Shown here: positions 14,674-28,740 of the stretch, piece by piece
Layout: the number at the start of each line of letters is the position of its first letter
Position numbering within the stretch: the stretch's first letter is position 1
Source: Camelus ferus
Lineage: Eukaryota
Assembly (NCBI RefSeq): GCF_009834535.1
Contig: NC_045696.1
Location: forward strand, 53,446,001 to 53,510,000
Length of the DNA stretch: 64,000 nt
Direction: 5' to 3'
Notes under the pieces: model-generated
Told to the model about the DNA's origin: nothing
Seen by the model: the letters and a program-made list of their open reading frames with translations, nothing else
Databases searched by the model: none
Made by a program: the position numbers and the translations under genes

Positions 14674-15049
14674 TTAACTGTATAAAATTTTTTTTGTAGT
14701 ATAGGCAAATTAATTAGAGTCCCAAATTATATGTGTATATATGCATATTATATATACACAGCAGTATTAAATTCAACAAACATATTAAAAACCACTTTAA
14801 AATTTAGAAAAATTAATGTCTTTTTTGCAAAATATGTTTCAGCCACGTGAAAAATTCCCTACCTACCATCCTTGGATAAATTCTTTTTCTTTCGTGGGTT
14901 CTCTTGCCACATTTTCTTTACCTCTCCTTGCAACTGCCAGCACATTTAAATGAATATAAAAACGGATGAAATGTAAGTTCTCAGAGCCACTTACTCAAAC
15001 TAAATCCTTTTTAAAGTACCTTTCTCTTGTCTTAGTCTCTCCACTGTGC

Positions 15050-15780
15050 TGGCCTGATCTTATTAGCTCTGCATCACACATCTTTCCCCTATTCTCTTTC
15101 CTACCAAATGCTGCCCAATTAATCTATGAAATTAAATCCCTTGCTTAAAAATCTTCCATAGCTTTCATTGTCTCTGGAAGTACCTAAACCTGCCGTTCAA
15201 GGTCCTCCTAATCTACCTTCACTTTTCTCAGTTTTAAGTCTTACCTCACCTGTACCCTTTCCCTGCATACGAAGCTATTCATTAATACAGTTTCACCTTT
15301 GCCACTTGGTTCCATTAATGCACATTCCCATTCTCCAAGTTCATGTCCCCACTTACGCCATTCCTTTTGCCTGGAATTCCAGTTTCTATTCCATACATCT
15401 GTATCTGTTAAACATATACTTTAAAACTCACTTCAGTGCCATCTCCTCTAGGACTGCTTCTCATCCCTACAGCTAGAGATGATTTCTTTCTGTTTTTTTT
15501 TTAACTTTATGGATTATAATGTTGATAATGTTATTTGAATAATGCTTATCACAAGTTGCCTTGTACAACAGTTCTTACTGCATTTGTTCTATTTCTTTAA
15601 CTGGTTTACAACTGACTTGAGAGCAGTAATTTTAATTTCTCATTTGACCTTGGCAAATTACACGAGAGATACTTAACAGACATTTATTTAATGAATGAAT
15701 GGATCTTTGTAATCTCCAATTGTGTGTAAGACATGGTGTCTGACACCCAGTAGTTATTAAAAATTTAATTGAAACTTGGA
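15050..15780 (+). mobile_element. LINE-2 3' fragment(s)
   Basis: cccttgcttaaaaatcttccatagc, ttccttttgcctggaat and a (gaat)n-like tail at ~15690-15702. Confidence 0.7.
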
Positions 15781-16532
15781 AGTAAACTGAGTGGGAGACC
15801 CTCCAGAAAACAAAAATCTGTGTTCATTTTTCTCTTGTAAAATTAAGAACTATGAAAACAGATGCCTTAAAACTATTGTATGCAAATATGCCTTCTATTT
15901 CTCATATTGCTCTAGTGATCTAACTTTGCGTGTCTGTGCAATGTACACAATACAGATCATGTTATAGTGCAATGAGATATATTAGACTAGTGACCAGATA
16001 GAACTTTCCTATTCTTTAGTCAATGCTTATTATAATTTTAAATATATTTCATATTTTTATCTTTTCATGTTAAATTTTTCTTGCTCCACAATTTAATTCA
16101 CCTATAATGGTATATGGAGGCAAATGTAGGATTTCTCAGTTTCTCTAGTTTTGTATCATTAAGATTAGTAAAGTCAATGATTGCCTTTCCTGTTTAATCG
16201 TAAGAGAAAATAATCAGTGGTGGAAAGGGGAATGAGTGAGTGTTTATCAACATTTACAATATACTTGATTTAATACTTTTTTACTTGGTTGTTCAACTGC
16301 TAAGACTTAATGATCTAAAAGATTTCCATCAGTTGACTGTTAGCATTTATTGCATTCTTAGTAAGTACTGAACTTAGTTCACTAATTCAGCAAATCAGAA
16401 GAATGAATATATTAGTTTCATGCCCTCAAGAAGCTTATGATTATCTATTTGGGACATTTGTAAGAGTGTCTCTCTAAATATTACTATATATTTTGCTACC
16501 TTATTTACCATATATAAGATTCAGCAAAACTT

Positions 16533-19500
16533 CATTTTTTAAAAACTGAAGTATAGCTGATTTAAATTTAGCATTATTTTCAGGTGTATAGCAGTGATTT
16601 AGTTTAGTTTTTTTTTCAGAATATATTCCATTATTGGTTATTACAAGTTATTAGACATAAGTCCCTGTGCTATACAGTAAATGCTTTTACTTATCTATTT
16701 TATGTATAGTAGTTTATATCTATTAATTCCATGCTTGTAATTTGTCCATCCTTCCCTCCCTCTCCCCTCTGGTAATCCTAAATTTGTATTCTGTATCTGT
16801 GAGACTCTTTCTGTTTGCTATATAGATTCATTTTTAAAGTATTTTTTAGATTCTGCATATGTGATGTTATTTAGTATTTGTCTTTCTCTGTCTGTCTGTC
16901 TTTACTGAGCATAATATTCTTTGGGTTCATCCATGATGCTACAAATGGAAATATTTCATTCTTTCATTATGACTGAGTAATATTCCACTGTGTATATCTG
17001 TCTATCTATACCACATTTAAAGCCAATTATCTGTTGATGGGCACTGGACTATTTCTAGGTCTTGGCTATTATAAGTAGCACTGCTGTGAACATTGAGGTG
17101 GATATATCTTTTCAAAATTAGAGTTCTTGTCTTTTTTGGATATATACCCAAGAGTGGGGTTGCTGGGTCATCTGGTAGCTCTAGTTTTATTTTTTTAAGG
17201 AAACTCCATGTTGTTTTCCATAGTGGCTGCACTAATTTACATTCCTATCAAAAGTGTATACGAATTCCTTTTTCTCCACACCCTCGCCAGCATTTATTAT
17301 TTGTAGACTTTTTGATGATAGCCATTCTAACGTGATACCTCGTTGTGGTTTTGATATGCATTTCTCTAAAAATTATCAACATCGAGCATCTTTTCATGTG
17401 CCTCTTGGCCATCTGCATGCCTTCTTTGGAAAAATATCTATTCAGATCCTCTATTTTTGGATTGGGTTGTTTTGAGTTTTTGGTATTGGGTTGTATGAGC
17501 TGTTGTATATTTTGGATATTAACCCTTCGTTGGTCGCATCATTTGTAAATACTTTCTCCCATTCAGTATGTTGTCTTTTCATTTTGTTGATGATTTCCTT
17601 TCATATGAAAAATATTTTAAGTTTGATTAGAGCCCATTTGTTTATTTTTGCTTTTATTTATTTTGCCTTGGGAGATAAGAAAATATTGTTACGATTTATG
17701 ACAAAGAATGGTGTGCCTATTTTCTCTTCTAGGAGTTTTATGGTGTTGTGTCTTACATTTAAGTCTTTTACCCATTTTGCGTCTACCTTTGTATATAATG
17801 TGAAGGAATGTACTAATTTTATTTACATGAAGCTGTCCAGCTTTCCCAACATTTGTTTTAGAGACTGTCTTTTTGCAATTGTATATTATTAACCACTTTG
17901 CTGTAGGTTAATTGACCATAGGTGCATGGGTTTAATTCTAGGCTCTCTATTCTCTTCCATTAACCTATATGTCTGTTTTTGTGTCAATACCATGCTGCTT
18001 TGATTACTGTACTTTGTAGTATAGTATGAGATCTGGGAGGGTTATACCTCCAGCTTTGTTTTTTTATCTCAGGATTTCATTGGCAATTCTTGTTCTTTTG
18101 TGGTTTCCTATAAATTTTAGGATTACTGTGGTTCTGTGAAAAATGTCATGGGCATTTTGATAGGGATTTCATTAAATCTGTAGATTTCTTTGGGTGGTAT
18201 GGCTTTTTAAACAATATTACCTCCACTCCAAGAGCACAGGATATCTTCCTATTGTTTTTGAAATCATCTTCAATTTCCTTTATCAATGTTTTTATAGTTA
18301 TATAGTATAGGTTTTTCACATATTTGGTTAAATTTATTCTTAGGTATTTTATTTTTTCTGACACAAATTTAAACTTTGTTTACTTTCTATTTTTGATATT
18401 TCATTGTTATTATAAAGAAATGTAACACATTTCTATACATTAATCTTGTATCCTGCTACCTTGCAGAATTCATTTATTCTGATGCTTTTGTGTGTAAACG
18501 TCAGGGTTCTCTGTATACAGTATTATGTTCTCTGCAAACAGTGACAGTTTAACCTCTTCCTTTCCAATCTGAATACCTTTCATTTCTTCTTGTATGATTG
18601 TGGTGGCTAAGACATCCAAAACTATGTTGAATAGAAATGGTCAGAGTGGGCATCCTTGTCTTATTCCTGATTTAGCAAGAAGACTTTCAGCTTTTCACTG
18701 TTGAATTTTGTGTTGGTTGTGTGTTTGTCATAAATGGCCTTTATCATGTTGAGATATGTTCCCTCTGTACCCACTTTGGTGAGAGTTTTTCTCATGAATA
18801 GATGTTGAAATTTCATCAAATGTTTTTTCTTCATCTATTGAAGTGATCGTGTGGTTTTTGTCTTTCTTTTTGTTTGTGTGGTATATCACATTGATAGTTT
18901 TTTGTTTGTTTTTGGGTTTTTTTTGTATATTGAACTATCCTGGTGACCCTGGAATGAATCCAGCTTGATCATGGTATATGATCCTTTTTTTGTACTGTTT
19001 GATTCAGTTTGCTAATATTTTGTTGATGATTTTTGCATCTGTAGTGATCAAATATATTGGTCTGAATTTTCCTTTCAGAATGTGTCTATGTCTGATTTTG
19101 GTGTCAGGGTAATGGTGGCCTTATAGAATGAATTTGGGAGTATTCCCTCCTTTTTAATATTTTGGAGTAGTTTGAGAAGGATGGGTATAAGTTCTCCTTT
19201 ATGTTTGGTAGAATTACCCAGTGAAGCTGTCCTGTCCTAGACTTTAGTTTCCAGGGAGTTTTCCTAGATTTTTGTTTGCAAGGAGTTGTTGTTGTTGTTG
19301 TTGTTACAGATTCTATTTCACCTAGTGGTCAGTCTGTTCAAATTATCTGTTTCTTCTTGACTCAGTTTTGGCAGGCTGTATGTTTCTAGAAACTTGTCTG
19401 TTTCTTCTAGGTTGTCCAGTTTGTTGGCATAAAACTGTTCACAGTATTATTCTCTAATGATTTTTTTGTATCTCTGTGGTATATTGGTTGATATTTTTTC

Positions 19501-22287
19501 CACTTTCATTTCTTATTTTGTTTATTTGGCTTCTCTCTCTCTTCTTTTCGGAGAACCTGGCTAGAGGTTTGTAAATTTTATCTTTTCAATAAAAAGCTCT
19601 TAAATATAATGATTTAAAAATTTTTTTTATTTTATGTGTTTATTCTCTAATCATTATTTCTTTTTTCTTTTTTCTTTTGCTAACTTTGGTCTTTGTTCTT
19701 TTTCTAATTCTTTTAGGTGGTAGGCTAGGTTGTTCAGTTGAGATTATTCTAGTTTCTTGAGGAAGGTCTGTATTGCTAGGAACTGCCCCCTTAGAACTGC
19801 TTTTGTTGCATTCTACAAATTTTGTAGAGATGTGTTTTCATTTTCACTTGTATTGATGTATTTTCTGATATATCCTTTGATTTCAGTGTTCACCCCTTGG
19901 CTTTTAGTAGCATGCTGTATATTCTTCACCTGTTCAGTCTTTTCCCCTTTTTCTTTCTGTAGTTAGTTTCTAGTTTCACACCATTGTGGTCAGAAAAGAT
20001 GCTTGAAGTAATTTCTATCCTCAGATTTGTTTTGTTACCTAGTATTTGGTCTATCTTAGAGGAAGTTCCACACTTGCTTAAAAATATGTATTCTGGGGTT
20101 TTTTGGATGTAGTATCCTGTAGATATCAGTTAAATACAACTGGCATATTGTTTCATTTAGGATCACTATTGCCTTACTGAATTTCCATCTGGATGATCTG
20201 TCAATTGATGTCAGTGGGGTTTTAAATTATCCTACTATTGTTGTATTATCACTTTCACTGTTCATGTCTGCTATTAGTTTTATATCTTTAGATTCTCCTA
20301 TATTGGATATGTATATATTAACAAGAATAATAACTTCTTGTATTGATACTTTTATCATTACATAATGACCTTTTCCCCTCTTTATGACTTTTGTTTTAAA
20401 GTCTGTTTTGTCTGATAAGAGTGTTTCTACCCGGGCTTTCTGTTGTTTCTATTTGCATGAAATATCTTTTTCTTCTTTTCACCTTCAGTCTGTGTGTGCC
20501 TTTCATCCTCAAGTTAGTCTCTTATGGGCAGAATATTGAGGTTCTTGTGGGGGTTGTTTGTTTTTATCCTATCTGCCACTCTATCTTTTGATCAGAGCAC
20601 TTAGTCTCTTGACTATAAGTAGTCATTGAGAAGTATGTACTTACTGTACTTTAACTCTTGTTTTCCATTTTCATTTTTGTTTGTTTCTCCTTTTGTTTTT
20701 GTTGTGGTTTGACGATTTTTTTGTAGTCTGCTTAAGTTCCTTTCTTTTTTGTTTTTTGAATCTATTGTGTGGTTTTGATTTGTGGTTAGTATGTAGTTCA
20801 AGTATGTCTATACTATATTTATTTGCTTTAAACTGATGGTCATTCTCTAAAAGATCTCCATTTTCATACTCACACTCACCTACATTTTGCGATTTTGCTG
20901 TCCTATTTTATATATTAATGCTTATCCTTTAACTGTTTATTTTAGTTATCACTTTTATGATTTCTTTTGATTAGTTTCTTTTGATTGTTTTTAATCTATG
21001 TACTGACTTTGTAAAAGTGATCTTCAATCCTTACTATATATAAGCCTTTTCTATTGTGATGTTTTTCTTTCCCATAGATACTTGCTTCTTTTCTATTTAG
21101 AGAAGACCTTTCAATGTTTCTTCTAGGGTAGATTTAATACTGCTGAATTCTTTTAGTTTTTCTTGTCTGAGAAATTCTTTATTTCTCCTTTTATTCTTAA
21201 TGATAATCTTGCTGGGTAGAATATCCTAGGTTACAGCTTTTTCCTTTTCAGAACTTTTAACTATGATATGCCACTCATTCCCTCTGGCCTACAAAGTTCT
21301 GCAGAGAAAGCAACTGATAGTCTTCTGGGGGTTCCCTTGTACATAGCTCTTTGTTTTGCTCCTGCTGCCTTTGGAATTCTGCCTTTCACTTTTGCCATTT
21401 TTATTGTGATATGTCTTGGGGTATGTCTCTTGGGATCATCATGTTTGGGACCCTCTGTGCTTCCTGTATCTGGATATCTGTTTCCTTTTTTAGGTTTGGG
21501 AAGTTTTCAGCCATAAATTCTTCAAATACATTTTCTATCTCCTTCTGATTTTTTCTGGAATCCCTATTATATATAGGTTGGCACATTTTATATTTTCTTA
21601 TAGATCTCATATGTTGCTTCTTTTTTTTTTTTCAGTCTTTCTGTCTCCTGTTCTGATTGGGTGATTTCCATTATTCTATTTTCCAGATCACTTACTCATT
21701 ATGCTGTGTCATTTCATCAGCTATGTGTTGCTTCTAGTTTGCTTTTTATCTCAGTAGTTGAATTATGTTTTTGATTGGTTCAGTTTATATTTTCTACTTC
21801 CTTGTTACAGTCATCTGCATTTCCATTAATAATTGTTCCTAATTCAATTGGCCTTTTTATTACTACCTTTTTGAACTTAGGGTCTGTTAGGCTGCTGAGC
21901 TCTATTTCATCATCTGTTCTTTCAGGGGATTTCTCTTGGTCTTTTAATTAGGAATAGTTTCTCTGCATTTTCATTTTTCTTTATCTGTCTTTATGAATTT
22001 ACGAGAAACAATTATTTACCGTGGTCTTTAAGAAGTGTTCTATATAGAATTGTCACTATGTAGACTGTGTGTCCAGTGTCTTTGGTGTGAGGGCTGGTTT
22101 TGATGCTAGGCCTTTTTTCTGTCCTACTCAGTTACATGGAGATCTTTCTTGCAGCTTTGGTTGTATAGGAGCTCTTCTGCCAATTTTCAGTTAGTTTTTC
22201 ATGAGAGTTGTTTCATGTGTAGATGTATTTTTGATGTGTTTGTTGGGGGAGGTGAATTCCACATCCTCCTACTCTGCCATCTTAATC
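16533..22287 (-). mobile_element. LINE-1 with both termini and ~1 kb of 5' UTR deleted
   Basis: ORF2 C-terminal piece [13 protein letters not shown]...[11 protein letters not shown] (17017-17232). ORF1 piece ENVFEEFMAENFPNLKKETDIQIQEAQRVP (21401-21610). 5' terminus gattaagatggcagagtaggagg on the minus strand. Confidence 0.95.
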
Positions 22288-23204
22288 AAGTCTTCTTTAA
22301 TGCAGGCAATTATTTCATATCTACCTCTCCACATCATTTTTTAAATTTATCATTGGTGTCAGGTTATCCAGTGACAGGTCCACTTGGAAACAGCTTGGCA
22401 CTAACAATTATTAATATTAAGAGTGGCCAGGTGGCTTTCCAACAGAGAAAGTTTGTTTAAAATAGTTAATAAAGTCAAAGCTCCAGAGACCAATTAAGAG
22501 AAACAATTTTCTGACGTTCAAGAGAACCTGAAGACAGTTTGCTTGGAGACCTGGATTCCTATGTTTTTATCTCTTCTATTCAAATGGAATTAAGTATTCA
22601 AATGATAGACATCACTGTACTGGGGAAGAACAAGTGTGCCAAGGAAAATAAAGAGGCTGTGAATTGCAGAAAGGAGTAAAATAGAAGATAACATATGGTA
22701 ATAACAGTAAAATCTTGAATGGCATCCTATTAAAGTGTCCTGATAAGGATTAAAAACAGGGACAGTTTTCAGGATAAGTGAAGAAACCAGTGTATTAAAA
22801 ATTAATCAAGAAAAAGTGTTTTTCATCTTATGGGTAGTTCACTACACATACCCTCGCCCCACCCTACCCCATTCTCCAGCCAATAACTGTTTAAAAGCTA
22901 TGGCAGGAATAAGAAAGGTGATGGAAAAAAGTTACAGACAAATGTTATATTCTCATGGAAATGAAAATAAAATTCACATTACTAAATCTTTTTTTAATGT
23001 ATAAACTGACTGCATAATAATGTTGGATTCAAGAGAGAATACTTCTCTACATGTACCACGGCATTTGAAATTTTAACTAGCACTTCAGATTCTTCTGTTT
23101 ATGAAATATCAATAACATTTCCTGGCCAGAAAACATTGGATTTATAAAAGCTATCTTCCCATTGAATCATAGCTTAAGGCTATGGCAGAGAAACTTTTTT
23201 TTTT

Positions 23205-23395
23205 TTTTAGCTAATAAATGTTTTTGACTTCTCAGGCCATAGGGTCTCTGTCCCAACTGCTCTGCTGTGGCAGCACATAGTTAGCCATGTGCAATATGTA
23301 AATGAATGAGTAGACCTGTATCCCAATAAAACTTTATTTACAAAAACAGGTGGTGGGCCAGATTTGGCCCATGGGCTATATTTTGCTTTCCCCTG
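23205..23395 (-). mobile_element. MER58-like hAT-Charlie DNA transposon relic
   Basis: Minus strand reads caggggaaagcaaaatatagcccatgggccaaatctggcccaccacctgtttttgtaaataaagttttattgg. Confidence 0.85.
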
Positions 23396-24819
23396 TCTAA
23401 AGCAAACAGTGAATAAGATTTTAATAACAGTATCACACATTATTGTCTTTGCTATGTTAAAAAAAATGAACTCTCTGCTTTTTAGTACAATGAATAAATA
23501 ATTTAGTTCAGACTTACTCATTTTGTATAAAGAAATATGTTTCCATATTTGGCTTTACAGCTTACCTGTAACGAAGCCCTTTACATGATCCATGGTCATG
23601 AAATTGTTAGCTAACTTTGAAAAACTTACTAAAGAAAGCAGTCATGAATACCACTTCCTGAAGATACTTGAACTTTTGCTGAGTTTAAGACTTCAGGAAT
23701 TAATGAATTTGTAACATTCAACAAAATTGTAAACTACAATGTATGCACTTCTGACATAATAAGCTTCCCTGTCCATCAGATATTGTACAAGGTCAGACTG
23801 TGAGATTCCAAATAGTGGCAGATTGATTGTTTTGTTAACTAGTTTGTAAAAAATAAATCAGGAAAAGTTTAAATTTAAAACTTTAAAACTGGTGGCACCT
23901 ATCTTCAATGATTTTACAGAATGAACATATCACAGTATGCCAGAGTTAGAAATGTCCTTAGTAAAGGAAACTTATGGCACCTTGTCTAGAGGTCTCTTTC
24001 TACAACTAGCTTCATCAAGGTTTCTTTTCTTTTATAGAATGGGGACTTGTTCCACTGGTCCAGAAGAAACCACAGGCAGGTTTAGGCATGGCCTCTTGGA
24101 GGTTCCTATGCTAATCCAGTTTGGGAACTTGAGAGAAAGCTTCTCATTATTTTATAAACAAACAAATAACAACAACAACAACAAAAGAATAGTCATGACC
24201 CTAAGATCAGCTAAATGTCAGGTACTCTCTTAGACACTGCAGAAGGCATTTAGACCTTGGCTACAATGTGTAAATAGTGTATGAAAAACTGGGGACAGTT
24301 GTTTCTTTATAATCAGGAAACTTTCTGTTTGGCACAAGTTAATGTAAACACTATTGAACTCAATGCTAAGGAAAAGCCATCACATCTTCTTGTGGTTACT
24401 CTAAGGTGTCACACCCTGATGGTAGTCATGAAATTATAGCTATTACTCATCAACCTCAGCTTAAGTGACTTGTTTCTTACTACTTTTCAAAGGACTTATT
24501 TTCAAAATACAGCCATGATAGGCAGTACATCCTATACCTGTTGACAAACAAGTTCAATTTATTAATCACACCAAACTTGCTTGTTTCATCTCGCTTTTCT
24601 TCATAAGAGTTAAAACTATTAAATGTGGAAACATAAGCAAAACTTGATAACTTTTAAACTGTACTTGTACTTGCCCTTCATTTTTCCTCCTTTTTAATAT
24701 TTCTGTACTTTATAGTCATTTATATTTGATTTATGTTTCTCTTAATAGAGGAAGAACTTTTAGATTTTAGCTAGAGTGGAGGGAAAGGATTGTGATTGAT
24801 TGAAGATCAGAGAGGGTGA

Positions 24820-24925
24820 GGGTAAGCTGGAAGCTCTGCTATTAACGGATAGTGTCACCTAAACTCTCCAAGCCCTGGATTTTTTATCTGTAAAATAAAG
24901 CCTCTTAATGACTTATACTTCAGAG
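24820..24925 (+). mobile_element. MIR fragment
   Basis: gtcacctaaactctccaagccctggatttttt atctgtaaaat matches the MIR core. Confidence 0.55.
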
Positions 24926-27449
24926 TGATATGAAATACTTTTGATATTGGAATTCTTGAAGTTTCACATGGAGTGATGCTCAAGAAAAGTTAAAGTAATC
25001 TCTCTATATATCCCCTTCCCCACCCCCAATCTCTCTGTCTGTCTCTCTGACACACACTCAGACACACAAGGTCCTGTAATAGAATCTGCAGGAATTCAGT
25101 TGCCCTGCCTCTTTAGAGCTTGTACCAAAGATAATGCCAAATTTGTTGGGTTCCGAAACTTGTACATTATATACTATATTATGCATTGTATGTATACTTA
25201 CACATTACTCAGGATTGATAGATGATACCTAGGTCTATAAATAGATGATGAATGCATTAGATAGACATTGATAAAGGAAGGAAGGGGAGAAGGGAGGAAA
25301 TGGAAAACAGGGAAGGTCAAAGAGACTGGTGATTTGGGTACTAGACCTCTTCCACCCATGATGTTACATAAATGGCAACCTCTCCATGATGGCTCTTCTG
25401 TGAATCCAAGAGATCGCTGCTTCAAATTTAGTAGTTCAGCACTTATGCAGAAGTGGGTAGATGAAGCCAAAAAGCTGTTCTACTACTAAGACTTTAAACG
25501 GCTCTACTGTATGTCCAGAATACTTTCTGACTATGCTGACATAGAGAAGATGATAAAGATGATCTTTTATGTCAATTAATGTCAATGATTAGTTGTAGGA
25601 TAAGCACAGAATCCCTTGGTACATTTTGCAAATTCTGAGATGTTGGTATTGACAGTCAGAGATTAGACTTATGCACCAAGAAAACTGGAAACTAAAACTG
25701 GAATGAGGTGCAGCAAACAAATACATCTTTGTTGTCTGTTCTAAGAGGAACAAGGATGTAATAAATAATGGGGCAAAAAATCCTCCTTAGAGACTGGGGG
25801 AAACTCTTTAAAAGAAAAAAACCCCACAGAGTTATAATAATAACTAATATTTTTTAACTAACAAAACCATAAACAGTAGGCCTTGGTGAGTTACTTTTGC
25901 TACTAAATTTCACTAATTTGAAGTAGATTGAAAGTATCTAAAGCCCTTGAAAACAATCCGTCTTAGCCATTTCCATTTGTCTCAGGTAAGGAAGTACTTT
26001 CTCCATTATGTAAGTATTTCTTTGGCTGTGCTACAGTTTTATGATCACAATTGAACAGAGCACTACTATTAGCTCATCAGTGATGCACTGTGAGATAAAA
26101 TTCTACTGCATTCTGAGTATACGTCCAGGGTCTTTAATCTGTAACATTTGTGTAGATTGAGCCTAAGTATGTTAACAATTGTAACTTTATTTTCCTTTTA
26201 TATTGTAACAAACAACCACAACAACAAAAAAGGCATAGCTAATTGTGTCTAGATTAGACCAGGGTGTAGGGGGTAGGTAATTTTTCACAGAGATCCCAAT
26301 CTTCCCCACCTGGTATAATAAGGTAGCTGTTGGATTTTCATAATAACAAACACAAATTACTTGTTTAACTTGGTTCATTCTCTTGTGTACTTTCTTTGCT
26401 TTTTTTTTTCCCCCTTATTTTTATTCTTTATACTGTGCATCTCTCTAATGGTTGCACAGTCATCTGGAAAATATGATGAAAGGGGGAAAAAGCTTCTGCC
26501 ACATCAAAGGTAAATGAGGTTAAACCACCTAGGGAAACAAAATAATAAAATCATGCACTAGATAAGACCTTGGAAGATATTAATTTAGAAGGGCTACTGC
26601 TCTTCAAATTACACCTAAAACATTTCTAGACTAGTAATACTTAGGATTTTGCAAACCTTGTAGAAACAAAATGGAGGCCTACAACCTCTTCAAGTGTTTA
26701 ACATTTTTAGAAAATGATAATGTATTTCAGCTTGATAACAGTCCTTGGTGTCAAGACAGTTTTCCTTATGTTCAATTCTACTCTGACAGTATGTTTTCAC
26801 GTTCTTAGTAAAGCCAGGGTATATTTAGAATTAATACTTTGGGCTATATGTGATTTTCATAGTGTCTCCTATCCTGTAGGAGCAGAAGAGAAAAGCCAGA
26901 GAAGACTTTTCTCCCTTTCAAATATATGAAGGAAGACATTCACTGCCTTAAGAGGAAGAAAAGGTGGTGAAGCCTGGGATTTCGTGGGTCTCTGGGTAGT
27001 CAAGACTCTTTGACTCCACCTCTTCACGGGGAGTATGAACAGTCAAGGGCTGTGTTCATCAGACTTAACCATGGTTGATAGACTGTGTGAAGGTTTACCT
27101 CATATCTGATTTTGGATTCAGTGTTCTTTGTAGCTTCAGAATCTCAAGAAGAACTGATATTTTAGTCCATAATAATTCTTGGGACCCAAACGAAGGGAAT
27201 AAAATTAGAAAGATGCTTTCTAGGGAGAACTTCCAAAAAATAGGCTAATGGGCTGGTTGAAAGGTGACAGTTAATGACAGTGCCTTCCTTTGGGGAAAAA
27301 AATGTATCAGTGGATTGATTATATTTTAAGAAACAAGATGCAGTGTTGATATTTTGTTTCTCTAACAGTGTTGTTTTTGTAATAGTTCTAGTTGTTTCAT
27401 GTTCATTACATTTCACCATCTATGTGTGCTGATTAGCCCATGACCTGGC

Positions 27450-28435
27450 ACCTAGTGTTGTACTACTTCTCTCTCCTGACTATGCTTAATCCTCAGATAA
27501 GGCCATCGGTCTCTAGGCTTTAACTGCTACCTAATGGATCCCAAATGCATATGTCCACACAACACCTCTTCCTTTATCTAGAATCTTCTAGCTGCCTAAC
27601 TCTACATGGTTGTCCAACAGGCATTTTAAAAGTAATGTGGCCCAGACAGAACTCTTCATTTCAACCCCTACCACCATTCAATCTGATCTTTCCCTGGTTT
27701 TCCCAATCTCATTTGTTATTCTAGTTGCTTGTGTTAAAAACAATGGAGTAATTCTTGAGTCATATTGTTCTTTTACACCCTGTGTTCCACCCATGCACAG
27801 AATATTGTCCCTTCCCTCAAAATATGTCCCCAAACTGCCCACTTCTTACAACCACCATAGCTACAGACCTTGTCTTAGACATTATCTTACTTGTCTGGAC
27901 TGTTGTGAATTCCCTAGCCCAGAGTCTTATTTTCTACTCAACAGCCAGAGAACATCCTTTACAAACGTGTCAAGTCTCATCACTCTGTTTAAAAATACCC
28001 CTTGGTTTCCCATTTCAGACAAAGTACCGTATTATCCACCTCCTGCTTACCTCTCTCTGACCTTATTTCCTATTAATTTTCTTTCACTTAGTCTCTTCTG
28101 AGAAACACTGGCCTCTCTGCTAGGCATCGTATTCTGCCTCAAAGGCAGTTTTACCCACTGTTTTCTCTCTCTGAAAAATTCTTCCCAGGAATCTTGAAGG
28201 GCTTGTTTCTGTACTTTCTTTAGAGCTCAACTAACTTATCAAAAAACCATCCCTGAACATCTTACTTTACATTTGCTACACCTTCACTCTCTCTCTTATT
28301 CCACTCTATTCAGAACACTTTTCACTACATGCCATTTCATTTAAAATCTGTGAACATTTTAAGGCAGGAATTTTTGGAATTTGTTTACTACTATATATCC
28401 CAGCACCAAGAACAACTCTTGAATGAGTGAAATGG
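27450..28435 (+). mobile_element. LINE-2 3' portion
   Basis: ctagctgcctaactctacatggttgtccaacaggcattttaaaagtaatgtggcccagacagaactcttcatt, then tgaacattttaaggcagg...tatatcccagcaccaagaaca and a gaatgagtgaa tail. Confidence 0.85.
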
Positions 28436-28740
28436 TATTTGTGAGATCTACTCAGGCAAGTTTCCTCTAGAACAGAAATGGCTGGTTTCTGGGCTGTAGT
28501 TATGACAAAGTATTCTGCAAAATTAATAGCTTATTTTCAAATAACAAATGAATCCCATAGCCTAAACTTGTATTTTAGAAGTTTGGAGAAAGGATATTAA
28601 AAGTGGCCAGGTTTCTCTGTTGCATGCACTAGTGAAATCATTTGTTTGTTCATTCATTCACTCATTTGAGAAGTGTTTCTTGAATTCCACTCTTACAAAA
28701 TTACTTGCTCTGGAATAACGTAAAGTTGAGTCAGCAATCG

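Noticed and set aside
24038..24079. Plus-strand 42-nt exon-like unit after tttcttttcttttatag
   Set aside because: The donor GTTTAG is weak, there are no partner exons and the peptide is not recognised.
25268..25489. 73-aa ORF (..GSSVNPRDRCFKF..) in unique DNA
   Set aside because: Non-ATG start, no clear splice signals and no recognised homology. The length is within chance.
26950..27080. Possible MLT1 fragment (gactccacctctt)
   Set aside because: The match is too short to support a call by eye.
27610..28101. 163-aa ORF, the longest outside L1
   Set aside because: It lies inside the LINE-2 relic, starts at TTG and shows no coding-like features.
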